Positions 1 to 10,434 of a stretch of DNA of 64,000 bases are shown piece after piece. Each line of letters opens with the position of its first letter. Position 1 is the stretch's first letter. The position numbers and the translations under genes are program-made. The stretch is from Antedon mediterranea (Eukaryota; Animalia; Echinodermata): assembly GCF_964355755.1 (NCBI RefSeq), contig NC_092676.1, positions 4,689,888 through 4,753,887 of the forward strand, in the 5' to 3' direction. A model generated the notes under the pieces. The model was not told where the DNA came from. It saw nothing but the letters and a program-made list of their open reading frames with translations, and did not search any database.

Positions 1-3000
1 GACATACAGCATCTTCTATACCTGGTAGTGAATCCGGAGATAAAGTTGTGAGGTAAGCAGTAAATTCAGACTATTTTCTTTTCTATCGAGTAAAGAATGA
101 AACAAAACTATAACTCGAATGAACGAATATTGATGATACCAACCACCACCATCAACGTTGTAATTTCCGGTCTGAAAATTATATATTTTTTAGACTATAT
201 TTAGCAAATTTGTAGTTATGGACGTGTTCCTTAGATTATGACCAATCAGAAAAAAGAGGCCATTTTCCATTTAATGACCTCTTTAAGCTCTGTCTACACT
301 ATCAAATTGTATGTGACAAAGAAATGTGATGTGCCCATATATGGACACAATGATGTCCTATCACTACCATATTTAGGCATATCACTACCATATTCAGGCA
401 CATCACACTTTTTTTTGATAGTGTGGACAGAGCTTTAAAAAATAATTAGTAGTAATAAGTAGTTAAAAAAGTTTTTTTTTTTAGATTGATAGCGGCAGTA
501 TTTCGTTTATCTGAAGTTGAACGACGTGCAATAGAAGCGAATCTTGCGTATATTCTCAGTCCACAACTGGGCACTACCATCGTCTGGTTTCTCCAGCGAT
601 GGTGTCGCACTTATCTTGTCCTAAAGGAGAATTACTATTCGCAGGTTAGTTAAATATAAGCGCTAACTCAATTATTGAGGATATCTTAGCCAAGGATTTT
701 TCTTTAACGTATTATTTTAAATTTTTTAGTGCAATTTTTATTTTTGGTTCCGATCTTCTTTCGAATTGTGAAAATACTTTTATTATGTACAACAATTTCT
801 TGTTAATTCAGGAAGATTTGATTGATGTTCCAGTTAGTTTTTGTTTTAAAATGTTGTATTTGTTAATCAATCTTCTGCCATATGGACATATGCTGATTTA
901 TTTGAGATCATAGCGAGTGAGTAGCTGAGTGGTTAAGACAGTGGGACCGTAATTACGTAGCCATAACATCGGCAAGGGTTCGAGACTCACTCGTTCAATG
1001 GTTCTGGTGGTAGAACGAGTCTTCTTGGATAAGGAATTTAAACCGTAGGTCCAGTGTACCCTGGGGTACTAGTACATCAAAGCCACTGATCATAGCTCCC
1101 TCTGGAAGACCAGTCTTTGACTGAAAAGGTTGCCCAGTATAAATAAAATATTTTCAATTAAATTCAATCTAATGATGGACTATGTATTATGTTGTAAACA
1201 AAGTTACAAACTCACAAATGAAAAAAAATGACAATCTAATATTTCTCTTTTCTTAGGTCAGTCTTCCCATTGTCAGCGCCTTTGGGATGGACACGGCAGG
1301 ATCCCAGTGGGCTACCAGCTTCCTCCTGGAAAAAGTGATTTCAAATTTATCCGTTTGGAGCTCAGAAGAAACGCTAGCGAATGATACAATCAATTTACTT
1401 GTTACATTAGTTGAGAAAAAAGAAAGGTTGGTTTACTGTCAAATTTCTATAGTATTATAATCCATAATATTAAGATAAATAAATATAATAATTTAATAAT
1501 AATTATAAATAATAATACATAATTCTTATAGAGTATCATGGTGTGACATCACAACGATAGAGGGCGCTTCATGATTGCTAGACAACCAAAAAATGCGTTC
1601 AGCGCTACTATGTTGATAAACAGTAAAGATCTGTATTTCTATCAAATTATGTATCTTAGCTTGATTGTTTTTAGCTTAAACTATAGTTGAAGAATAAATA
1701 AATTATTAAAAACAAATATTTGGTGATCTTTTGAAATTTTAGTTTGTTTTTATTGAAAATTATTAATAAGCCTATTCCAAACCATTGGTGATTTTGGAGT
1801 CACTCAGGCAGGCTGAACGCATTTTTGGTAGCGCTATCAACCACGCAGCGCCACCTACCGTCGTGACGTCAGCACCGTGGTACTCTATAGTACAGTAATA
1901 ACATTTGATGACTATGAAACTTTATGTGACAAAAAATGTCATATCACTTCCATATTTGGGCATATCACTTAACTACCATATTTGAGCACATCACACTATT
2001 TTGATAGTGTAGACAGAGCTTTACTATCAATCATGTGTTTTGTTTAAAGGTGTGCAGCTGTGTTGACTTGCAACCATTTCTGGACGCTAGTTAAACATCA
2101 CCTCTCTTGCCAGCCACCCCTTGATGTCCTATCACTTGATGTTAAGTGCAACGTAATGAAAGCATTAGTGTTAGCAGGCTCTATGGCAATTGACCAAACT
2201 ACCAAAGATAGATTTAACCAAGAGGTAAGGGGATTTTTACATAATTAGCATTCTTCATACTATAATGCACAGTTCTCAACAATTTTGTGCCCAAAAGGAT
2301 TTACGCACATCAAGTTCATACTCACATTTTTTTTGCTTTGGCTTTCTATACATTTGTTATGACCCTGTACAGCGCCAACAGTCTTTCAGATGGAATTTCT
2401 GTTGGATCTCCCTTTTGCTTCAACTGTTTTCAGCTCTCATTATTTTCATTGAATGAAGAAACTTTATACAGTGTTTACCATGTGAAACGGAGCATAAAAA
2501 TAAGTTATAAATTATTAAATTATAAGTTATTCAATTGACATATTCTTTTTTCTAAGGTATTGCAACCCTTACAAGAAAAGTTCTTTGGTTATGTCGATGA
2601 AGAATCCTTTGACGCAAGGGCCACCAATGAAGAAGTAAAATCAGACATTTGTTTTTGTCTAAGCCTGCTGACGGGTGTCCTGCAAGCTACAAGAGTTCTT
2701 AATGTCGAACATCTTCATAATTTTTGCGTTCCGTTTTTACCCCGTTGCTTGGCTCTCGTTAAAGTTTATCAGAATTATCCGGAAGTGATTGTTCTTATAC
2801 TGCAAGTTTTTGTCGAGTTGGCGAACCGCCAGCTGTGCTACATAAGTCAGGTATGAACCATTTTTAGCATATCATAGTACAACATCTTTAGCTAATTTAC
2901 AGTTTTAATTTTAGGCAATAAAATAAAACTAATTAAACTATGTAATATGAACAATAGCAATAGAGTGTATTGATATATTATGAAGAGATAGAAAATACAA

Positions 3001-6000
3001 TAAAAAAAACACATTTGAATGGTATGTAAGAAAGAACATTTGATCTTTCAAATTTTCTCCTCCCCCCCCCCCCCCCCTATTCAAATCATCAACATTCATT
3101 ATTTTTGTATACTATTTATTTTTTCGTAGAGTCAAAGTCATAGATTTTATGAATCAAGTCTGACGTTATTACATACCTACTCAAAGTACAATTTGGGTAA
3201 AAAGAGCCGTGAGGTGGCCTCGGAAGAAGACAGATGTGAAGACGTGTCACTTCTTATGGACCTTCTTACCAACTTATTGTCAAAGGATTTAATAGGATTT
3301 GGTAAGTACAATTACTCTCTCAAACACTCTTGGACTGGACCAAATTTCTTGGTTGTAGAAAGGAATTTAAAACATTTTGAAACTTAAGTTCAATTTATTT
3401 ACCTTTATCACTTCAACAAATTAGAGAAAATCAACACCAAACCTGGAAAACATTATTTACAAAGTGATTTTTGCGGGAAACCCTTCATACGAACCGAAAA
3501 CACCACCAAAAAAGGATTTGGCCCATGGAAACTTTTTTATCCAGGTTTGGTAAAAAAAAAACCCAATGAAGCTTAAAGGCAATTGGAAGTTTCAACCGAA
3601 ATGACTTCGAATGCGATGTAAAGCCGTTGGTCCTGTGTACTTAACAGTGCACTTTAAAAAACTTGGTACACTATTCGAAAAGAATAGGGAATCGTCTCCC
3701 GGTGTGCTGATCTGGTAGGCGCTGCACTGCTGACTGCTGCGGGTCCATGGAGGGCCTAATCCAAATTTCCTCAGTTTCCAGTTAAACTTGAGGACCAGAA
3801 GAAGTTTCTGTTTTTCCACTTGAAATTTATTTACCTTTATCACTTCAACAAATTAGAGAAAATCAACACCAAACCTGGAAAAAATTATTTACAAAGGGAT
3901 TTTTGCGGGAAACCCTTCATACAAACCAAAAACACCACCAAAAAAGAATTTGGCTCATAGAAAATTTTTTTATCCTGGTTTGGTAAAAAAAAAACCAATG
4001 AAGTATTGTTTTCTTTTCAATAAAAAGCTTAAAGGCAATTCAAAGTTTCGGCCGAAATGACTTCGAATTGGATGTAAAGCCGTTGGTCCTGTGTACTTAA
4101 CAGTGCACATTAAAGAACTTGGTACACTATTCGAAAAGAATAGGGAATCGTCTTTCCTCAGTTTCCAGTTAAACTAGAGGACAAGAATAATACATTTAAC
4201 ATTTAACATCATCACATAGGCATAGACAATTTTGTACTAACTTTTTTGTCACTCTAATGTAAATTGTTCTTTTAATCAACTGATGGTAATTATTGTGGTT
4301 ATGGAAATAATTGAATAACACATTTTTGTCATGTTTGTCTAATTGATTTTAGATACCACTGATACAGATGTGATCCCAACACACCCCTCCAGCCAAGTAT
4401 GTGCAGCTGACATCGTCTTATATGGTCTGAATATTGTTGTCCCTCTTATGGATTTGGAGCTTCTAAAAGTGAGTGTTTGGTTATTAACATTTCACAGGAA
4501 AATTATTCACTATACAAATAGTGGTTAACCCTGTATAGGGATGTCCCAACGTAGCAGTTGTTTTGTAACAACTTAGGGTGTCACAACAGAAGGGTTATGA
4601 AAACATTTCTTCTGGTTTCGATTCGTATAATAATATAAGTAGTTCTTTGATAGTAAACCAATAAAACTTACGTTGGCAAGACAGTTTCGTCTAGCTGTCA
4701 GCTTGACTTCTTCAGTTGCTATGATGCGTTATGGCGCCGATTGGTCTCCTTTCCAGCCACTAGATGATTTTGTTGTGTAGCCTAGGGGACCAGTCGTCGT
4801 CAGAAGCTGATCGTAAATGTGAGATATATATTCAAGGCCTGTCAGAGAAAATCAAGAGAACATTTAAAAAATATAACATACGAACATACTTTAAACCATC
4901 TAACAAAATTAAAAACTTAATCGTCCGACCGAAAGATAAAGCATGCAAAGAGGATTCCTGTGGTGTCGTCTACAAAGTGGGGTGCACCAACTGTGAGATG
5001 GTGTACATTGGGGAAACGGGTAGGGCACTCAAAACCAGAATTAAAGAGCACAAGAAAGATGTTGAGGATAACACACAGAACATGCAGACGCGTGCATCAC
5101 GGAAAGTTTCGTCCTCCATTTTACATAAATCAGCAATCACGGACCATATGACCACACACAACCACATACCTAACTGGGATAAGATAGAGGTACTACACAA
5201 AGAACAAGTTTGGCTTAAACGTAAAATTAAAGAAAGCATCAGCATAAGAAAGCAAAATAAAAATACAAAGATGAATAGAGACGAAGGCGCGCACCAACTA
5301 TCTCACATTTACGATCAGCTTCTGACGACGACTGGTCCCCTAGGCTACACAACAAAATCATCTAGTGGCTGGAAAGGAGACCAATCGGCGCCATAACGCA
5401 TCATAGCAACTGAAGAAGTCAAGCTGACAGCTAGACGAAACTGTCTTGCCAACGTAAGTTTTATTGGTTTACTATCAAAGAACTACTTATATTATTATAA
5501 CAGAAGGGTTGTTTTGTAACAAATTAGGATGTCACAACAGAGGGTTTCTTTTGTAACAACTTAGAGTGTCACAACAGAGGGTTTCCTTTCTAACAACTTA
5601 GGGTGTTACAACAATAGGATTGTTTTGTTACAACAATAGGATTGTTTTGTAACAGCTTAGGGTGTCACAACAGAGGGATTATTTTTGAACAACTTAGGGT
5701 GTCAAAACAGAGGGTTTCTTTTGTAACAATGTAGAATGTCCAACAGAGCGATTCTTTTCTAACAACTTAGGGTGTCACAACAGAGGGATTCTTTTGTAAC
5801 AACTTAAGGGTGTCACAACAGAGGGTTTCTTTTGTAACAACTTTTCTATGTTAGTTTCCAGATATGTGTTCTCAATACTACAAGCTCATTACATTTATTT
5901 GTGAGATATACCCAGAGAAGGTGACCATACTCTCTCAAGATCTCTTCCACAACTTTATGGCTTCTCTTGAGCTGGGCCTAACCAACTTTGGTGCTGATGT

Positions 6001-6951
6001 AGCTAAACTGTGCTTTGATGGAATAGCCAGCCTTTGTGTGCATTGTCACAGTCTAGAGGACCGTAACAACCCACTGTGGTCCGCCCTGCAAGGTATCCTA
6101 AAGGTGATGTTTAATCTCCTTGTGCTGGAGCCTTTTGAAACGGATTTAATCAACCCTGCTGCTGAGGCCCTCTATGGACTGATCTGCTGCCATCAGGTAA
6201 ACATTAATTTATCGTCCACAGTAATCATACTGTAGGCCTAGTTTAGTCGTTATTGCATGCCAATTCTTGCATGACTATCTCTGCAATGAAGCCAGTGAAT
6301 GTACTCTCATGCTTGATTTTTGTCTTTTCACTTGCAACTACTACTACTGCTGATCTCTTGCAGTTCCACAAAATGTAGCTTTTATTTTAGCGTGTTGTTT
6401 ATATCTTTTTATATCTTGGTACCAAATTATATACCCGCTCACCTGTGGTGGTCACTTTGAGTGGTGATGGTCAGTATTAAAGTAGAGATAAATTTTCCCC
6501 GTATCCACACAGGGGACTGCCCCACCGGAGGTGCTGACCGGTCGTGGGGGACCAATGTTTTTTTACTTTTTTTTTGGTATTTAATTGTTGTTGTATGTAT
6601 GTACATGTAAATGCATTTAAATAATAGCCACCAAACTGACAAACACTCGCTTCTTTTTGGTGTACTGCTGGGTGTTGTTGTCAAAATTGTAAATTTTAAT
6701 AATTGAAATTGTGATTGTGAATAAACTAATATATTGTATATTTCACTTCACAGGCTTATTACACTGAGCTAGTGAACCATTTGCTAAGTACCCAATCAGA
6801 TCCAACCTACTATCAGCGTTTGGCAGAAGCTTTTAACCTTTTGACCCCTCCAGGACAGCCACTATCCTTAGATAGAGCGCACAAGGCATCATTTTACAAG
6901 AAGCTGGAAACGTTCTTATCAAATGTACGTTTACTACTTTGTGTGAAATGA
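1..6951 (+). CDS. XPO4: Exportin-4, 3' part (last 9 coding exons; 5' end lies outside the window)
   Basis: GT-AG exons join in frame: <1-52, 485-644, 1257-1426, 2050-2224, 2557-2850, 3130-3301, 4353-4468, 5855-6196, 6754-6951 (TGA). Peptides RLIAAVFRLSEVERRAIEANL..LSPQLG..IVWFLQRW, VISNLSVWSSEETLANDT, FPDMCSQYYKLITFICEIYPEK and the C-terminus NVRLLLCVK* match vertebrate XPO4 as recalled. Confidence 0.95.
286..434. mobile_element. PIF/Harbinger-type MITE (family A)
   Basis: TIRs AGCTCTGTCTACACTATCAAA / TTTGATAGTGTGGACAGAGCT, flanked by TTA on both sides. Further copies at ~1910-2020 (truncated), 39212-39347 and ~39490-39605. Confidence 0.8.
657..868 (+). mobile_element. 3' fragment of a non-LTR retrotransposon (same family as 17278-17860)
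   Basis: GCGCTAACTCAATTATTGAGGATATCTTAGCCAAGGATTTT...GTATTTGTTAATC is nearly identical to 17566-17773. Confidence 0.85.
913..1150 (+). mobile_element. tRNA-derived SINE
   Basis: Pol III A box TAGCTGAGTGG (~922), B box GGTTCGAGAC (~977), a body unrelated to tRNA and an A-rich tail. No intact cloverleaf. Confidence 0.7.
1527..1889. mobile_element. MITE with imperfect ~80-bp TIRs
   Basis: TATAGAGTATCATGGTG..CCAAAAAATGCGTTCAGC pairs with GCTGAACGCATTTTTGG..CACCGTGGTACTCTATA. Confidence 0.65.
3392..4185. repeat. ~430-bp tandem duplication in an XPO4 intron, containing a SINE-like fragment
   Basis: AATTTATTTACCTTTATCACTTCAACAAATTAGAG starts at ~3392 and ~3824. The second copy lacks ~75 bp of the SINE-like GATGTAAAGCCGTTGGTCCTGTG... 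block. Confidence 0.85.
4676..4719 (-). ncRNA. Mirror copy of the hammerhead motif in the inverted pseudo-LTR
   Basis: Exact reverse complement of 5406-5449. Confidence 0.72.
5406..5449 (+). ncRNA. Minimal type I hammerhead ribozyme motif in the PLE pseudo-LTR
   Basis: GCAA-CTGAAGA-A-GTC(AAGCTGACAGCTA)GAC-GAAA-CTGTC-TTGC: stem I GCAA/TTGC, core CUGANGA/GAAA, predicted cleavage after GUC at 5445. Confidence 0.75.
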
Positions 6952-7184
6952 TGATGTATAAAGAACCTTGATGAAGATATAAAAGCAGCTTGTTTCTCTT
7001 CCATTTTCATGAATGGATTATTATCAGTGGTAGAATGATAACATGGAGGAAATGATATTGGTGATGAGCAACAACACATCTGGTTTATGCAAATTATTTG
7101 CGCAAGTAACGCATGATATGGTAATCAGATGCTAGTGCCAATTATATCAACAGAGCAGAAAATGATTTCAGAAGTAAAATTGAA

Positions 7185-7760
7185 GAACTGATGTTGGTAA
7201 TACAGTAAAACAATACTGGTTCAGATTTGGCTGATGACAATTGGCAGAAATGGCCTTCCTGTTGAAACTAAATGGCAGAACTTGATGTTCGTAATACAGT
7301 ATAGTAAATACTATACTATTACTGATGATAGTTGGCAGAAATGGTCTTCCTGCCGGAAAGTACTGATGTTGGTAATACAATATATCAATACTGGATCAGC
7401 TATTGCTGATGATAGTGGCTAGAAACTGTGTTCCTAATGGAAGTACAATGTTGGTAATACAATACATCAATACTGAATCAACTATTGCTGATGATAGTTG
7501 GGAGTACTGGAGTCAGTAATACAATATTTCAATGCTGGTTCAGCTTTTGCTGATAACAGTTGGCAGAAATGGTCTTCCTGTTGAAAGTAAATGGCAGAAT
7601 TTGATGTTGGTAATACAGTATAGAAATACTGGTTCAACTATTGCTGATGACAATTGGCAGAAATGGTCTTCCTGCTGGAAGTAAATGGCAGAACTTGATT
7701 ATGGTAATAAAATACATCAATGCTGTTTCAGCTATTGCTGATGACAGAACTGGTCTTTCT
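7185..7760. repeat. Degenerate ~85-95-bp tandem repeat downstream of the XPO4 stop
   Basis: Recurring GTTGGTAATACA..AATACTGGTTCAGCTATTGCTGATGA.AGTTGGCAGAAATGGTCTTCCTG, about 6-7 units. Confidence 0.8.
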
Positions 7761-7870
7761 TATGATGTCAGAAATACAGCAGAACAGAACAGAACAGAAA
7801 TCTTACTGTAGGAAGTAAAAGATGATGGTACTGATGTCAACATGGTGGAATGATGTTGCTTTGGATGGAG

Positions 7871-8494
7871 ACCGTTGGAGATACTGTAGCATGCATAAGT
7901 GTAAATGGGTACCTACAGGTCGTTGGAGATACTGTAGCATGCATGAGTGTTAATGGGTACCTACAGGTCGTTGGAGATACTGTAGCATGCATGAGTGTTA
8001 ATGGGTACCTACAGGTCGTTGGAGATACTGTAGCATGCATGAGTGTTAATGGGTACCTACAGGTCGTTGGAGATACTGTAGCATGCATGAGTGTTAATGG
8101 GTACCTACAGGTCGTTGGAGATACTGTAGCATGCATGAGTGTTAATGGGTACCTACAGGTCGTTGGAGATACTGTAGCATGCATGGGTGTTAATGGGTAC
8201 CTACAGGTCGTTGGAGATACTGTAGCATGCATGAGTGTTAATGGGTACCTACAGGTCGTTGGAGATACTGTAGCATGCATGAGTGTTAATGGGTACCTAC
8301 AGGTCGTTGGAGATACTGTAGCATGCATGAGTGTTAATGGGTACCTGCAGGTCGTTGGAGATACTGTAGCATGCATGAGTGTAAATGGGTACCTGCAGGT
8401 CGTTGGAGATACTGTAGCATGCATGAGTGTTAATGGGTACCTGCAGGTCGTTGGAGATACTGTAGCATGCATGAGTGTAAATGGGTACCTGCAG
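7871..8494. repeat. 48-bp minisatellite, ~13 near-perfect units
   Basis: Unit GTCGTTGGAGATACTGTAGCATGCATGAGTGTTAATGGGTACCTACAG. It explains the 16-aa repeat ORFs on both strands. Confidence 0.97.
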
Positions 8495-9524
8495 GAATAT
8501 TTACCAGGCAGATCTTGTTACAAGATATCTCCAGTTAGTTTTTATGTGCTTATTTATTTCCAAAATATGTTTTAAAACTCTTTATTAATCGATAGATGGA
8601 CCAAAAAGCTTTATTTATGTAAAAAATAAGTTTATAAATAATTCGTCAAATTTTAAACAATTTTAACTGGCAATTTTTATTGCCAACTTTAATGTAAGAG
8701 AATTTAAATTTTACTCATGTACTTTATTTTAAATGCTATAAAACTGATATTTAAATGACCTATGTTATGTGCTGTATTTATTTTTGTGGGTATAATTTAA
8801 TGAAAATATGAATGGATATGACTGGCCTGTTTTCCATGTGTTTTTTAATCTGCCAAACCGTTTTCTACCACGCCTCCTTCAGCGATTCAAACGTAGTAGT
8901 TTTTTTTTACGAGAAAAAGTTTCAAACCAACCAATCCAAGGGTTCAATCCTTACCTAGTTCCTGCTCCACTCCCTCAACTAAGATTTTATAATCGCGATA
9001 AATTAGTTTATCTATCCTGTATTGCGAGTTACTAGCTGTTGGATGCGTAAAAAACTTAACAGCTGTTTGCTGTTGTATTGGAAAATCTAAGGACAGCATG
9101 GATTCTTTGGCAGAGCCAAAATGTTCAACTCAATTTGTGGAAAGCCGTGAGTATTTGCTTTGTGTCAATAAGTATCAGTTTAGCTTTTGTAGTTCACTGG
9201 CTCTGTTGTCTAAACGTGTAGTCGGAACGAAGGGTGGTTTTTATATAATAGAAACTCACTGAGATAAATAGTTTTAAATATTTATTCAACTCCCCTGATA
9301 CTGATTTGGCTGGCCTGACAAGTCTGTCTTTTCTAGACAGATGGTACTAATAACTAAAGATCATTAGACAACCATTGCTAGTGAATCTTCAGCTGTTTAG
9401 TATCGCTGAAAATATTAACACAGTATTAATATAGCTCATTCTATTGGATGTACAGTAGTTACCCTGTAAGTTTAGTCTTATATTTATCGCCGAAAATACC
9501 CAAAAAAATGAAGATACTGAAACC

Positions 9525-10071
9525 TACGGTGACTGATTTTCGCCAAAGAAAAAAATTACGGCGTTCACACGTACATGCGCATGCGTAGTACATCAACAAA
9601 CCCAGTGCCATAAAGAGTTGCGACTTTGAATGGATTGAATCAATTTGTTTAAAGGTTTTTGTTAAAATAATATTATTTTGATAATTTTAAACAAAAAAAT
9701 AGCTTTAATCCATTTAATTTAACGTTGTTTAATATCATCTTCGCAGTAACTTTATGATTGCATTATCTTAACAAAAACCTTTAAACAAATTGACTGTTTT
9801 GATATTAAATTAGATATTTTAAACCCTGTGAATACATTTTTTAATCGCATGACTTGACTCCATACACTACATAGGCATAGTTGGACACAAAAATTGCCAG
9901 TAATGTACCACATGACTTTCTTAAATCTGTGAATGCACCGAGAGGTTTGTTGATGTACTACGCATGCGCATGTACGTGTGAACAGATTGTATATATAATA
10001 CGGCGTTATAACGCCATATTAGGGCATTATTATAAAATATTCTTTTTCTTTGCCGAAAATCAGCCACCGTA
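9525..10071. mobile_element. Non-autonomous TIR element (MITE)
   Basis: TACGGTGACTGATTTTCGCCAAAGAAAA..GTTCACACGTACATGCGCATGCGTAGTACATCAACAAACC is mirrored at 9944-10071. Flanked by the direct repeat GAAACC. Confidence 0.8.
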
Positions 10072-10332
10072 GAAACCTAAAAAATAATACTGTATAATAT
10101 ATAATGAATGTTACTCTTTGTAGATTTCCATTTTTAACGAGATTGGACGTCTCATGGGAGAAAGCTTGAGTTGTCTACCCCAATATAAATACTGTAAGTC
10201 CAACCATAAGACCTAAAATTAATTTATAGGTCCATGATCTAACTACAATGCAATTCAATTGCAAATTAATAGGCCATGTTTACTAAATAAATAAATATGA
10301 AAAGTTTATCACATGCACCATAGTTATAAATC

Positions 10333-10434
10333 TGATTTTAAAACCTCGGCTTCGGTGTTTTTAAAACATGATCCTTCAGAAGTGATTTTAAAACCTCGGC
10401 TTCGGTGTTTTTAAAACATGATCCTTCAGAAGTG
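10333..10434. repeat. 50-bp tandem duplication covering the last OTC codons and stop
   Basis: TGATTTTAAAACCTCGGCTTCGGTGTTTTTAAAACATGATCCTTCAGAAG at 10333 and 10383. Confidence 0.95.

Larger units (their letters stand above)
4597..5499 (+). mobile_element. 5'-truncated Penelope-like retroelement: GIY-YIG endonuclease fragment with inverted pseudo-LTR
   Basis: ORF 4764-5396 has GVVYKVGCTNCEMVYIGETGR..RIKEH..SAITDH..H..NW..E..MNRDEG (PLE GIY-YIG domain). 201-bp inverted repeat 4626-4826 / 5299-5499. Target duplication ACAGAAGGGTT at 4586-4596 and 5500-5510. Confidence 0.92.
4530..5845. repeat. 37-bp minisatellite (TTTTGTAACAACTTAGGGTGTCACAACAGAGGGTTTC), interrupted by a Penelope-like insertion
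   Basis: About 2 units before 4596 and about 9 units at 5500-5845. The array ends just before the acceptor of exon 5855. Confidence 0.9.

Noticed and set aside
913-995. tRNA gene candidates here and at ~29250-29325
   Set aside because: A and B boxes are present, but there is no full cloverleaf and each continues into a SINE body.
4572-5812. Interstitial telomere, suggested by TTAGGG in the 37-bp repeat
   Set aside because: There is only one hexamer per unit and never a tandem run.
6438-6552. GC-richer block with a minus-strand donor-like CAG|GTGAG in the last XPO4 intron
   Set aside because: No recognisable peptide or partner exon. Probably a repeat fragment that cannot be classified by eye.
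7837-8575. 211-aa and 241-aa repeat ORFs on opposite strands
   Set aside because: Both are by-products of a 48-bp (multiple of 3) minisatellite. There is no unique domain or splice context.
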